64,000 nucleotides of DNA from Octopus sinensis (taxonomy: Eukaryota): positions 40,052,001 to 40,116,000 of the forward strand of contig NC_042998.1 of the NCBI RefSeq assembly GCF_006345805.1, in the 5' to 3' direction. Shown in pieces: positions 41,946 through 52,884 of this stretch; positions within the stretch are counted from its first letter, which is position 1; each line of letters begins with the position of its first letter. Made by a program: the position numbers and the translations under genes. The notes under the pieces were generated by a model. It did no database searches. It was not told where the DNA came from and saw nothing but the letters and a program-made list of their open reading frames with translations.

Positions 41946-42240
41946 GAAGCACATGGCCTAGTGGTTAAAGCAGCAGACTCGTGCTCGAGGGATCGCGGGT
42001 TCAAGTCTCAGACTGGGCAATGTGTGTGTTTATGAGCAAAATACCTAAGCTCCAGGTGGCTCCGGCAGAAGGTAATGGCGAACTTCTGCTGATTCTTTTG
42101 TCACAACTTTCTCTCACTCTTTCCTCTTGCATCTTGCAGCTCACCTGCATTGGCCTGACGTCCTGTCCAGGTGGGGAACCTATACGCCAAGGAAACCGGC
42201 CCTTATGAGTCAGGCATGGCTTGAGAAGGAACAAACAACA
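41946..42240 (+). mobile_element. tRNA-headed SINE (gcacatggcctagtggtt...gggttcaagtctc...ggaacaaacaac)
   Basis: A-box (tggcctagtgg) and B-box (ggttcaagtc)-like head followed by a non-tRNA body and (aac)-rich tail. Confidence 0.7.
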
Positions 42241-42325
42241 AACATATACATACATATATATATACATATATATATATACATATATATATAAGACACTATT
42301 TTAATTTAGAGAAAGAAATAAACAA

Positions 42326-42641
42326 TCATCATCATCATCGTTTAACGTCCGTTCTCCATGCTAGCATGGGTTGGACGGTTCGACCGGGGATCTGGGAAGC
42401 CAGAAGGCTGCACCAGGCTCCGGTCTTATCTGGCAATGTTTCTACAGCTGGATGCCCTTCCTAACGCCAACCACTCCGTGAGTGTAGTGGGTGCTTTTTA
42501 CATGCCACCTGCACTGGAGCCAGGTGAGGCTGGCATCGGCCACGGTCGGATTGGTGCATTTTACGTGCCACCTGCACGGAAGCCAGTCGAGGCGACACTG
42601 GCCTCAGCCACGATTCGGATGGTGCTTTTTACGTGCCACCG
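42326..42641 (-). mobile_element. RTE-associated SINE-like repeat ending in (ATG)n tail (gatgcccttcctaacgccaacc family), young copy
   Basis: Recurs at about 5975-6200, 12310-12480, 13830-14070, 14485-14660, 24420-24725, 27250-27530, 32780-32985, 40470-40680, 44765-45086, 45465-45662, 55085-55290, 57670-57875 and 59405-59470 in both orientations. Confidence 0.8.
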
Positions 42642-43399
42642 AAAGGTTACGCTAAATAATTTATTGGTCTATTAACTTGTAAAACTCATGCAATGCTTGG
42701 TTAAATGCTACAAGGGAATATTTTGACCATTCTTGGAACTAATTGATATTGATAATGAGGCATCAACAAGAAATTTAAGATCTGTTACTTTAGTAAAAGC
42801 CTAGAAGTTGCTTGTTTATCATTGAATACTGGACTAAATTTTTAGTTTCCTCCCTTTATGAGCCAAGCTTAGATCATCATCATCATCATCATTGTCGTTT
42901 AATATAAGCAACTGTGAGGAAGTATGTTAAAACAAGATGTTATATTCTTGAAGTAGAATGGTTGAACGAGTAAGAAGTATGGACTACATGCTCTTAGATG
43001 ATAGGTTCCATTCTACATTTAATTTCATTTTGCTTACTAAAGTATTCTCTTCTTCCTCTTTTTCTCAACTACAACGTCATCTTTAATATGTTTACAAAAT
43101 GAAATAAACAAAAAATTTCAGAATGTAATCACATTCTAAAATGTCACTAACAGTCTTCTATTCTTGGAAGTGATATAGAAGCTACATTATATGTGATCAA
43201 TATTAATATCTGCCAACATTATGAAGTAATTCTGAGCCTCCAGAAATAGCTGCTGGACCTGTAACACTATACCTTCCTGCCTTAATTTTCTGTCTTTGTA
43301 TTCTGTATAAGTTTGCTTTGTTAATATTCAAATATCTATATATTCACACTTAGATAGGTTTTGGCCACATTGGCCCAGGCCATAGCTAACTTAATAGCA

Positions 43400-43990
43400 C
43401 CGCCTGGAAAAGACATTTAGTAATGTATTTTTGTATAGTCATTTTAAGGCACCATTGCCCATTCGATTAAAGAGTTGTTGTTTGTAGCAGTATATCCGGG
43501 TGTAGGTGGTTTATCTGGAATTTGTTGGAGATATTCATCCAGGAACTTTTTGGAGGTTATGAAATCTTTTTCCTCCTTTATATGATTTGGAATGTTAAAA
43601 ATAACAGGTCCAGTTGAGAAGTAGTTCTGTCTTAGTGTTGTGATGTGCCAAAAGCATGATTTCTGTAGAATATGATTGGCATGGAGACCAAGCCTTGGGT
43701 GGATTTAAAAAGCGATACTGATATCATTTGGACGATACTATTGGAATAATTTCCACATCATCATGAATATTTGTTGTCTGAATAATTTCAGTCTTTGCTT
43801 TCTCTCTATTTGCATGTATGCATATTTTGTATACCTCACCCAAATGGTTTTATTTGTTTATTTGTATCATTATCTCCATACCTGCTCACCTGGATTCTTC
43901 CTATAGCTACTTTTTACCCTGTGGACTTAGTGCTCAGTAAAGATTTCAGAGCGTAAGTTCAAATCATTAAGTGTTTTCTATATTGGGTAC
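43400..43990 (-). mobile_element. CR1-group LINE 3' end fragment
   Basis: Minus strand near 43440-43560 reads KKFLDEYLQQIPDKPPTPGYTATNNNSLIEW, typical CR1/L2-group ORF2 C-terminus; boundaries approximate. Confidence 0.65.
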
Positions 43991-44051
43991 TTCTGGATCT
44001 CATCTCTTGACTGTATACAGACATACACACACACATAAATACATGTGTGAA

Positions 44052-44389
44052 GTCACATGGCTCAGTGGTTAGGGCGTCAGGCTCACAATCATGTGGTAGT
44101 GAGTTTGATTACCGGATTGGGCTGTGTGTTTTGTTCTTGAACAAGACACTTTGTTTCACGTTGCTCCAGTTCACTCAGCTGTAGAAATGAGTTACGACAT
44201 CACTGGTACCAAGCTGTATTGGCCTTTGCATTTCCCTTTGATAACATTGGTGGCATGCAGAGGGAAAGCTGGTATGCATGGGTGACTGCTGATCTTACCT
44301 AAACAAACTAAACAACCTTACCCAGACTTGTGTCTCGGAGGATAACTTTCTAGGTGCAATCCCATGGTAATTTATGACCGAAGGCGGTT
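44052..44389 (+). mobile_element. tRNA-headed SINE (cacatggctcagtggttag...ttgagcaagacactt...gaccgaaggggg), representative copy
   Basis: Pol III A/B-box-like head; other copies at about 8495-8800(-), 27770-28095, 38225-38540, 56090-56330 and 57985-58140. Confidence 0.8.
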
Positions 44390-47300
44390 TTAAATATTGA
44401 TTAACTGATAAGTTCAGGGTATTATGTAGTAAAATCAATAAAAGGAGTATAATGAACTTGCTATGAGAATTGGAAAATCCAACATTTTAGACACAGTCTT
44501 TCTTCAAGGGAAACGTTGAAAAAAGAAAAATGATCTTAGTTGTAGCAATTTTTTTAGCTAATAAGATAAAATAAAATGAGTTCATGGCTGTTTCCTGCAC
44601 CAGTTTCACATAGCATCCCCAGCCCATCCAAAGTACCTTGGGTCGCTGAACGGCCTGCTGTGTTTACCTTGGATTGTAGGGTGACCTGCTGTGCTTGAGG
44701 AGACCTACTGAGTCAAGCACATTAACATCAAAATAAAAAATCAAATCAAAATTGTAGTTGTGATACCTATGCCAGTGGTACGTAAAAAGCACCATCCGAA
44801 CGTGGCCGAGGCCAGCGCCACTTTGATTGGCTTCTGTGCCGGTGGCACGTAAAAAGCACCAACCAATCATGGACACTGCCAGCCTCCCCTGGCACCTGTG
44901 CCGGTGGCACATAAAAAGCACTCACTACACTCACAGAGTGGTTGGCATTAGGAAGGGCATCCAGCTGTAGAAACACTGCCAGATCAGACTGGGCCTGGTG
45001 CAGCCTCCTGGCTTCCCAGACCCTGGTTGAACCGTCCAATCCATGCTAGCATTGAAAACAGACGTTAAACGATGATGATGATGATGTAAAACTTCAGTCA
45101 CTCATTAGTTTCTCTTCTTTTAACTTCAAAAGAAGGACTATGTCTGAACCAGATTTTCCGCTTCTCACAGCAAGTTCACTGTAAATTTCTTATTGATTTT
45201 ATCTCAATTATTCTTATTTTAAAAAATTATTTGTAAGAATTTACCAATGAACCATTATATGGTTCGTTCTTAGTATGGTATGTCTGACAATTTTTTGGCA
45301 TTTCTAGAGACTTCTAATAAGCATAAAATATTTGCTTGCTCCACATTCCTCATAATGGTATCTGTTAATTCTCTGCAGGAGTAGCACTTTAAATTTTAGG
45401 TCTGATTAATAGCAAATAAACAAATACTGTATCTCTTTTTTCTTTCTTTTTTGTATTGTGGCCCCATGCCAGTGGTACGTAAAAAGCACTCACTACACTC
45501 TCGGTGTGGTTGGCATTAGGAAGGACATCCAGCTGTAGAAACTCTGTCAGATCAAGATTGGAGCCTGGTGCAGCCATCTGGTTCGCCAGCCCTCAGTCAA
45601 AATCGTCCAACACATGCTAGCATGGAAAGCGGACGTTAAACGATAATGATGATGATGATGACAAACTGGACTCATAATCAATAATTCATGTTAACTTGTA
45701 CTTAGAATGTTTTAGTTCAACCTGTCAAATTCACAACCCTTTTAGGTGAGATAGAGTTGAATCTTGATAAAACAAATTCACTTTCATTGTCAATGACCTA
45801 GTTTGAATTTAGCATACCAATATATTAAGATACTAGCTTAAAAATCACCCAATAGGGTGACTTTTAAGCTAGCTCCTGTGGAGGGCTTTTTTTGGGGCCT
45901 TGAGCCCAATAATGATACTTCATGTATTGAGTACATATTAAATTTTATTAAACTTGACCAATATTTTTAAGTAATGAATAATTTTCATTAAAACAATGAT
46001 ATATCAACTTGGAACTTATTGCAAAGTTTCATGATAACATTTTTTGTCTTCCCATTCGGGGGGTCAGTACAATTTCTTTTTCTGTCTAACTTCTTTCTTT
46101 CTCTCTCTCTATCTTTCTGTTGATTATTTTCAACCATCACCATCACCAGTACTACCACCGTTGCCATCACAACTGCCATACATACACACCATTCAGACTT
46201 CTGATGCTACCACCATCAACACCTTTGATTTCCTTGCCTTCTCCTCCACCAACATCACCACTGTCTTTCATATCCTTTACTATTTATTACTGTCATGCTT
46301 GACTGCCTCAGCTACCACCACTGCTGCCTCTATCACAACTACAGCTCATACTATTACTATCACCCCATTACCATCTCAACTGTCATTCTACTACTGCCCT
46401 CACTGTCTCTATGCCTATTAATACTCTCACCCCAGCAAGAAGAATAGAAGTACTACTGAATAGTGATAGGTGGGGTCAAAATGTGACACACAGAAATTTG
46501 TTTTGGCATTTATTATTATAGAAGTATGTGTTAAAGAAAGCAAAAAAATAACAAAAATGATAGTGTTCAGTATGCTGGCCACAGGAATTTTTGTCCAAGA
46601 AAGTTGTACATCATCTCCCTCTTTCTCTCACATACCCACTCTCTCTCTTTTATTATTACTCCCATTGCCACCATCAACACTACTACTTTCAATAAAACAT
46701 CAACTCTCCCTAAATTTCTTTGTCTCTTTCTCTCTCTCTCTGTCTGTCTTCACCATCACCCTCACTGTCTCTATGTCTACTATTACTCTCACCCCAGTAT
46801 AAGGAAGTGTTATTGAACAGTGAGAGAAGGGGGTCAAAGTGTCACACTGACACACAGAAATTAGTTTTTGCATTTATTATTGTAGAAAAAACATTCTCTT
46901 TCCTTTCCAGCTTTCAAAGAATTAATTTCCCTCTCTTTCTTTCTATTCTGCAACTGGTAGCCGGTTAACTTGACACCAAAGATAAGCTCACTGGACTTTC
47001 ACAACAACGTAGTAGCACTATTTGAAGAAATTCTTTACTAAAGCTAACATTAGCATTTAGTTCTATCTTGTAGCAGTTGCGAGAAAAATTTCCTAATAGT
47101 AGCACTAAGCGCAGGAGTGCTGGTGTGTTTACATCCCCGTAACTTAGTAGTTCAGCAAAAGAGACTGATAGAATAAGTACTAGGCTTACAAAGAATAAAT
47201 CCTGGGGTCAATTTGCTCGACTAAAGGCAGTGCTCCAGCATGGCCAGTCAAATGATTGAAACAAGTAAAAGAGTAAAAAAGTTGAATAAAATCTCTACTA

Positions 47301-47852
47301 TGTCACTTCTCAATTCCTTATTTTTTTAATCATACAACATGCAGTCTTTCTTGGCCTTTCTCTGTAACTTGCAACATCTCTATTATGGTTACAATCTACT
47401 GGTTACAATTACACCATTACATTTGACCCCCACCCACCGTGCCATCTTAAAGTATGGGTACACTAGGCAGCTGCCTAGGGGCTTCACAGGTCTAGAGGCC
47501 CAATCATCACAACAGAATTGAGATCCTAAAACCAAGGTACCATGTAAAAAGCATTAGTGTGGGCGCTAGCTCCATGTAAAAAGTTATGTTGATGGTGCCA
47601 CATATAAAGCACTCAATACACTCTGTAAAGTGGTTGATGTTAAAAAGGGCATCCAGCCATAGAAACCAAGCCAAAGCAATGGAACCTGGTGTGGCCCTTG
47701 GCCTTGCCAGTTACTCTTAAGCTGTCTAACCCATGTCAACATGGAAACTGGATGTTAAATGTTGATGATGACGATGATGATATACGTAGTGGCTTACTGT
47801 CCATAAATACTATAGCACCTGTGCAGTGCCATGTAAAAGCACTCAGCACTCT

Positions 47853-48441
47853 TGGGGCAAGACTTCCGCCTGTCCCCCTCACCCATTTTCTAAAACGTGT
47901 TTTTTCAACACAACCCCCCCTTTTCGGCTACAGGGAATATGAATCTGCAAAAAAATAGGCAAAAATTGGCATTTCTAAATTACCACCCTCACCCCCATTT
48001 CCTTCATTTTCCACTTTTTTTCAGAAATATGTTTTGTTTTTTCAAAATATGTGGAAAAATATGGAGATTATGATTCTGAAAAATATTTCCTAAAATTTTT
48101 GTAAAATTTTTTTATTAAGAATTTTTTTTTCTAAATATGTGGAAAAATACGGACATTATGATTTGGACAAAAATTTCAAAACATTTCTGTACTTATAGTT
48201 ACTGTTTTAGGGTTAGGCTTAAGGTTACTGTTTTAGGGTTAGGCTTAAGGTTACGGTTTTAGGGTTAGTGTCGGGGAAAAAAGTCAAAATTGAAGTTGAG
48301 GGGGAAGGGGGGGAAATTTCACTATGCCAATTTTTGGCAATTTTCCGAAACCTCCGTATCCGAAAATGGGGATTTTGGGCAAAAAAAAATTTCTTAAATA
48401 AACAAATTTGGGAGAAAATGGGGGGGGGGGGAGTCTTTCCA
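47853..48441. mobile_element. Unclassified non-autonomous element with about 150-bp imperfect TIRs and internal TTAGGG-containing tandem repeats, nested in a SINE
   Basis: Interrupts the SINE motif aaagcac.cag..cactct|...|cactctataaagtggttggc with an apparent 6-bp TSD cactct. TIR blocks aagact, cccattttct, ttttcgg.tac and caaaaattggcat are shared in inverted orientation. 26-nt unit gttactgttttagggttaggcttaag x about 2.7 at 48198-48268. Confidence 0.7.
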
Positions 48442-49139
48442 CACTCTATAAAGTGGTTGGCATTAGAAAGGTCATCCAGCCACGGAAATCACGCCAAATC
48501 AGACTGGAGTCTGGTGCAGCTCCCAACCTTGCCAGCTCTGGTCACACTGTCCAATCCATGCCAACATGGACAACAGACGTCAAATGATGTTGATGATATA
48601 GGACCTAGTGCATTGATTTGCCTAACGGCCTATAACGCTGCTAAGCAGCTCTGGGTGACATCTATAAGATGTAATATGCACTTCAATCAAAATTCTTGTA
48701 TTTTTGTAATTGTGCAGAGCAGATGTGACAAGCACTATAAACCAGAATTTAATACAGTGTTTAGTAATGTTGTATAGCAAAGATCAGGTTTGATCAAGCA
48801 GACAGGCATGTAATAAAAGACGTTCCAGCTGAGATCCACCTGTTTCTTCTTTTTTTTAAATAATAGTGTATCTAGGACTAGACACCCCAATGTGCCCTAC
48901 TCATTTTACATATGCTTTGAGGGAAATTTGGCTGTTACTCCTTGAAGGTCGAGATGATTTTGATTGCAGTTTATTACAGTTTCAATACATCTATGCTGCT
49001 AATGACCCTGACAACAGCTAGTATGCAATACAATCTCTTAGTAAATCGGAGGTTAAATCTATGTAAGAAATTAATAAATGTAGAAGAGATAGCATCCTGT
49101 TGGAAATTGCTGGGTGTCATACGTGAATATGTTTGCGCT

Positions 49140-50410
49140 ATGTAGTCAAATAAATTACAAAATTACTTTCTGCCTTTTAAATGAATCGTGTAAAAATTTA
49201 CTTTTAAAATGAAACAAACATAGCTTGAGTGCTAATTTTATGTATATAATTTATATATTTCCTTGAATTAAAATGTCGTTAAAAAGCAACTTTAAACTAA
49301 TTGATTTCCGGCATATAGCTTGTTTACAATAATGGCTGCTACCATGTGTTTACCTGCCAAATTATTAACATTAACTCAATGTTACATTACAGAATATTTC
49401 CATGAAAACATAAAACTATAGTGTATGTATTTATTTGCTACGACTCTATATTCCAGGATAAAACTGCATTTTACTTGCTGCTGACAGTTTCTTATTTCAA
49501 ATCGTTGGGATCTCTTTTAATGTAATAGTTTGTGGCAGATATTTTTTGAATAATTTTTACATAATAAATATATTTCGGCATTCTACGAAAGAATGCCCAT
49601 ATTTCATCTAAAAGAAAGGTAACCACATAGGTAAAGTTGGTAAAAATTTACACGTATATGTTAAAGCGCAGGTCAAGCGTTAGAAACTTTCAGCCGATAT
49701 TTTATCGTGACATATCAATATTGTAATTTTTATATATATTTTAGCTTTATAATTACTTATTTCGCATCATTCAAAGATTTTAAATATGTAAGAATGTCAA
49801 GAATCAGATTCGTTTAATTTATCGTGACAGTAAATGAATTAAATTCAAACGTATGTTTTTCCTGTTAAAATTTTAAATCGCAGCAGTAAAAATAGTAAAA
49901 GAAAATGGGTAAATAAATGAGATTAACAATTAGACTCTACCTATAACACCAACGCAAGAAATGATTTTTAAAATGACATCGTTATGAATTTAATTTACGC
50001 GTTCAGATTCAAAAGTTTTATAAAAAAAAAGAATATACTGTTTTGATGACCATATCACGATATATTTTCGTTTGATTTGAGAAATACAGCACGTTCTATT
50101 GTTGTGTCATAGTTCGGAAGATTGACTATACTTGTACTTTTTCTATTAACTGAAAGTCGAAAATATCACGTGTTTTTGTGTTCAGACTCGAATGCAACAA
50201 CGATAGGAGCACGAAGTACTGTTACATCAGTATTTCGCATATGTTGCACAGCACCCTCGAATGATAGAGTGGTTATTTTAATGTTATAATTAGAAAATCC
50301 TACGTAATTAATATTACTGAACCGCAGCGTGGAGTTTAAAGTCAGCATTAAATGTAATTTTTCATCATGAAATCCATTTCCCCTGCTCACATGTGTCGAA
50401 AAGCTCTTTA
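49140..50410 (+). promoter_or_regulatory. CpG-enriched putative promoter / 5'UTR region of SWT1-like gene
   Basis: CpG enrichment 2.3-3.6 kb upstream of the ATG exon; ETS-like TTCCGG (49306-49311), TTGTTTAC (49320-49327) and YY1-like AATGGCTGC (49331-49339) clustered; candidate donor TAG|GTAAAG near 49630; boundaries approximate. Confidence 0.55.
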
Positions 50411-50429
50411 TATCATTATTGTGGTAAAT

Positions 50430-51230
50430 TTTACCATTGTTCTTTGAATTTTCTGCGATCTAAATCTTCTCATATTTTCTATAAGCACCATTTCAAATTC
50501 TTTTTTGGTTTACTTCTACAGATGTCATTCATCTGCAACCCAGAGAACTTTATCATTCGTATTTCACCTATATATTTTTTAAACTAGTGCAGTTGTCATT
50601 CCAACCAATGTCCAGTTGTTTTGTCATCTGTCTTATTCCAAACTTTTCTTATAAATTAATAGTGCTCATGTCTATATTCATCATACGTGTCTCTAATTGT
50701 AGATCCTTTGCATTCATATTTTGTTGCTATATAATCAGTGGTGGAGTGGGTCTAAAAATATTGGTTGCCAGGAGACTGAGGTGAGCCCACCCACAATTAC
50801 AATGCTAATATTTAATTTTATTTTTGGTAAAAATATTCTTTCCAACTGTCTACAAACACAGCCAGGCTGAAATAATTAATGCATTCTTCCAGGAGTGAAT
50901 AAAAAATTCTCAAACTTGTGATGGGCCTCCATATATGGATTCTAATGACGCAGGGGCCCACTTGCCATCGGGCAAGCTGGCAACCTGGCCAGTCTGCCAC
51001 TGTATATAATATTACACTTCTGATATATGTTTCGTATATTGTACTTTTCGCATTATAACTGGCACTCCATTGGTTATGAAGACGAGGATTCCAGTTGATA
51101 TGATCAATGGAACAGCCTGCTTGTGAAATTAGCATGCAAGTGGCTGAGTACTCTACAAACATGTGTACTCTTAACATAGTCCTCAAAGAAATTCTGCATG
51201 ACACAAAACGTGACAAGGCTGACTCTTTGA
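50430..51230 (-). mobile_element. RTE-clade LINE relic upstream of / within SWT1 5' intron
   Basis: AKSTIYETYIRSVILY (ORF 50818-51216) and EKFGIR-like residue near 50650 resemble the RTE ORF2 C-terminal region; boundaries approximate. Confidence 0.5.
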
Positions 51231-51947
51231 AATACAGAAACTACTCACTTTTGCCAGCTGAGTGGACTGGAACTATATGAAATATAGTTTCTTGCTCAAG
51301 GACATGAGTCACTAGGAATTGAACTCATCTGTCGACTGTGCTAGGAATAAAATATTATGTTGTTTAAGTCAGAGGAAAATAAATACTAATTCCACTTTAT
51401 GAGTGATGTTAAGAAAATAAAAAAAAGGGGGGGGGGAATCAGATATATCAGTTTAATATATAACTAACTCACAGCATCTTCTTGAAATTAATGATAATTT
51501 TTTTCAACTAGTGGGAATTAAGTATAAAGTTAGACTATCACTTTGAATACTTTAAAACTATTATAATTTGATGCTTCAAGTTCAAGTCCTTTTGAGGTTA
51601 CTTTAGCATTTTTTTTATCATAAAATAAATACCAGAACTGGAAGTAAAGTTTAAAATAGGCTTGATGCCGTTGTCATACCTGCACGTTATTTTGAAGAGT
51701 AACTTGGAAAAGTTTCCAAATGCTTGTCATTTAACTTGGAGATTTTTCTTCCTATTTTTCCATGTACATTTGAGTTGATTTAGTACAAATAGTTAAGAAA
51801 TTTGCTTTGCAATCAGGAAGTCATCTCCACTGTATAGCATCTTGGGCAAGTATCTTTGGTTGAATAAAACTTAGTGAGTAAAATTGAGCAGGAGTAGCTG
51901 TGAATGAAACTTAGTGAGTATAGGCACAGGAGTGGCTGTGTCGCATA

Positions 51948-52109
51948 GGCAGAGAATGGCTGTGTGGTAAGTAGCTTGCTTACCAACCACATGGTTCCAG
52001 GTTCAGTCCCACTGTGTGGCACCTTGGGCAAGTGTCTTCTACTATAGCCTCGGGCCAACCAGAGCCTTGTGAATGGATTTGGTAGACGGAAACTGAAAGA
52101 AGCCTGTTG

Positions 52110-52140
<31 letters not shown>

Positions 52141-52335
52141 TTGTCCCTCCAACATCGCTTGACAACCAATGCTGGTGTGTTTACGTCCCCATAACTTAAC
52201 GGTTCGGCAAAAGAGACTGATAGAATAAGTACTAGGCTTACAAAGAATAAGTCCTGGAGTTGATTTGCTCGACTAAAGGTGGTGCTCCAGCATGGCTGCA
52301 GTCAAATGACTGAAACGAGTAAAAGAGTAAAAGAG
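51948..52335 (+). mobile_element. Abundant tRNA-derived SINE (ggctgtgtggtaag...ccttgggcaagtgtcttctactatagcc...gtaaaagag), representative copy
   Basis: Same sequence recurs at about 232-385(-), 7550-7990, 11520-11860(-), 12540-12710(-), 23010-23400, 23570-23900, 25870-26180, 26350-26760, 30045-30470 and 58560-58670(-). Confidence 0.85.
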
Positions 52336-52758
52336 ATGAAAATTACGAGGAAGCTTATTAGATTGATTGTACCTGTAATTTAAAGGTGCAGCCTTGTCAT
52401 ATTGATTCCACCTGAGAATTACATTTAACCTTTTTGTTACAATATTTCTGTTGAAATACACTGCTTTTGTCTCAGTTAATTTTCTAAATAATGAAAAATT
52501 CTGGAAAATAACTTTATCATTATTAAGCTGGTGTTTGGAACATACATTAAACATGGAATTTTGATTGAACAACTAAATACTCAACCAATGGAAGTCCAGT
52601 TTCTTTGTCACTCATCTAATTATTTTTTTTTTTCCTCATGCAAGGAATATATTTTTACATTTAAATCTTTCTTTTTAGGTTGTGTTTTTAAAGCTTATGT
52701 TGTTGTTTAGCTCTGGGCCAGCTCTGATTGAGCAGACCTATGATCAACAGCATTCCAG

Positions 52759-52884
52759 ATGTCATCGAAGTCGAAATTACCTCCAGGATGGCTTTCTCGA
52801 GAGTCAAAAACACACCCAGGAAAATTTTTTTACTATAACAAAGAAACTGGATTAACTACATGGGTAAAACCTTGTGATGATGAG
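52759..52884 (+). CDS. SWT1: SWT1-like exon: WW domain (42 codons)
   Basis: MSSKSKLPPGWLSRESKTHPGKFFYYNKETGLTTWVKPCDDE; WW signature W..FFYYN..T..W..P; donor GAG|GTAATC. Confidence 0.85.

Noticed and set aside
41946-42020. tRNA-like sequences (also heads at about 44052, 38225, 27770, 51948)
   Set aside because: A/B boxes present but no complete cloverleaf; followed by SINE bodies
48198-48268. TTAGGG-containing tract as a true telomere or fusion scar
   Set aside because: Only about 70 bp, organised as 26-nt units inside a TIR-bounded insert with TSD
50166-50390. Minus-strand 74-aa ORF in the SWT1 promoter zone
   Set aside because: Non-ATG start, no splice chain, no recognisable domain
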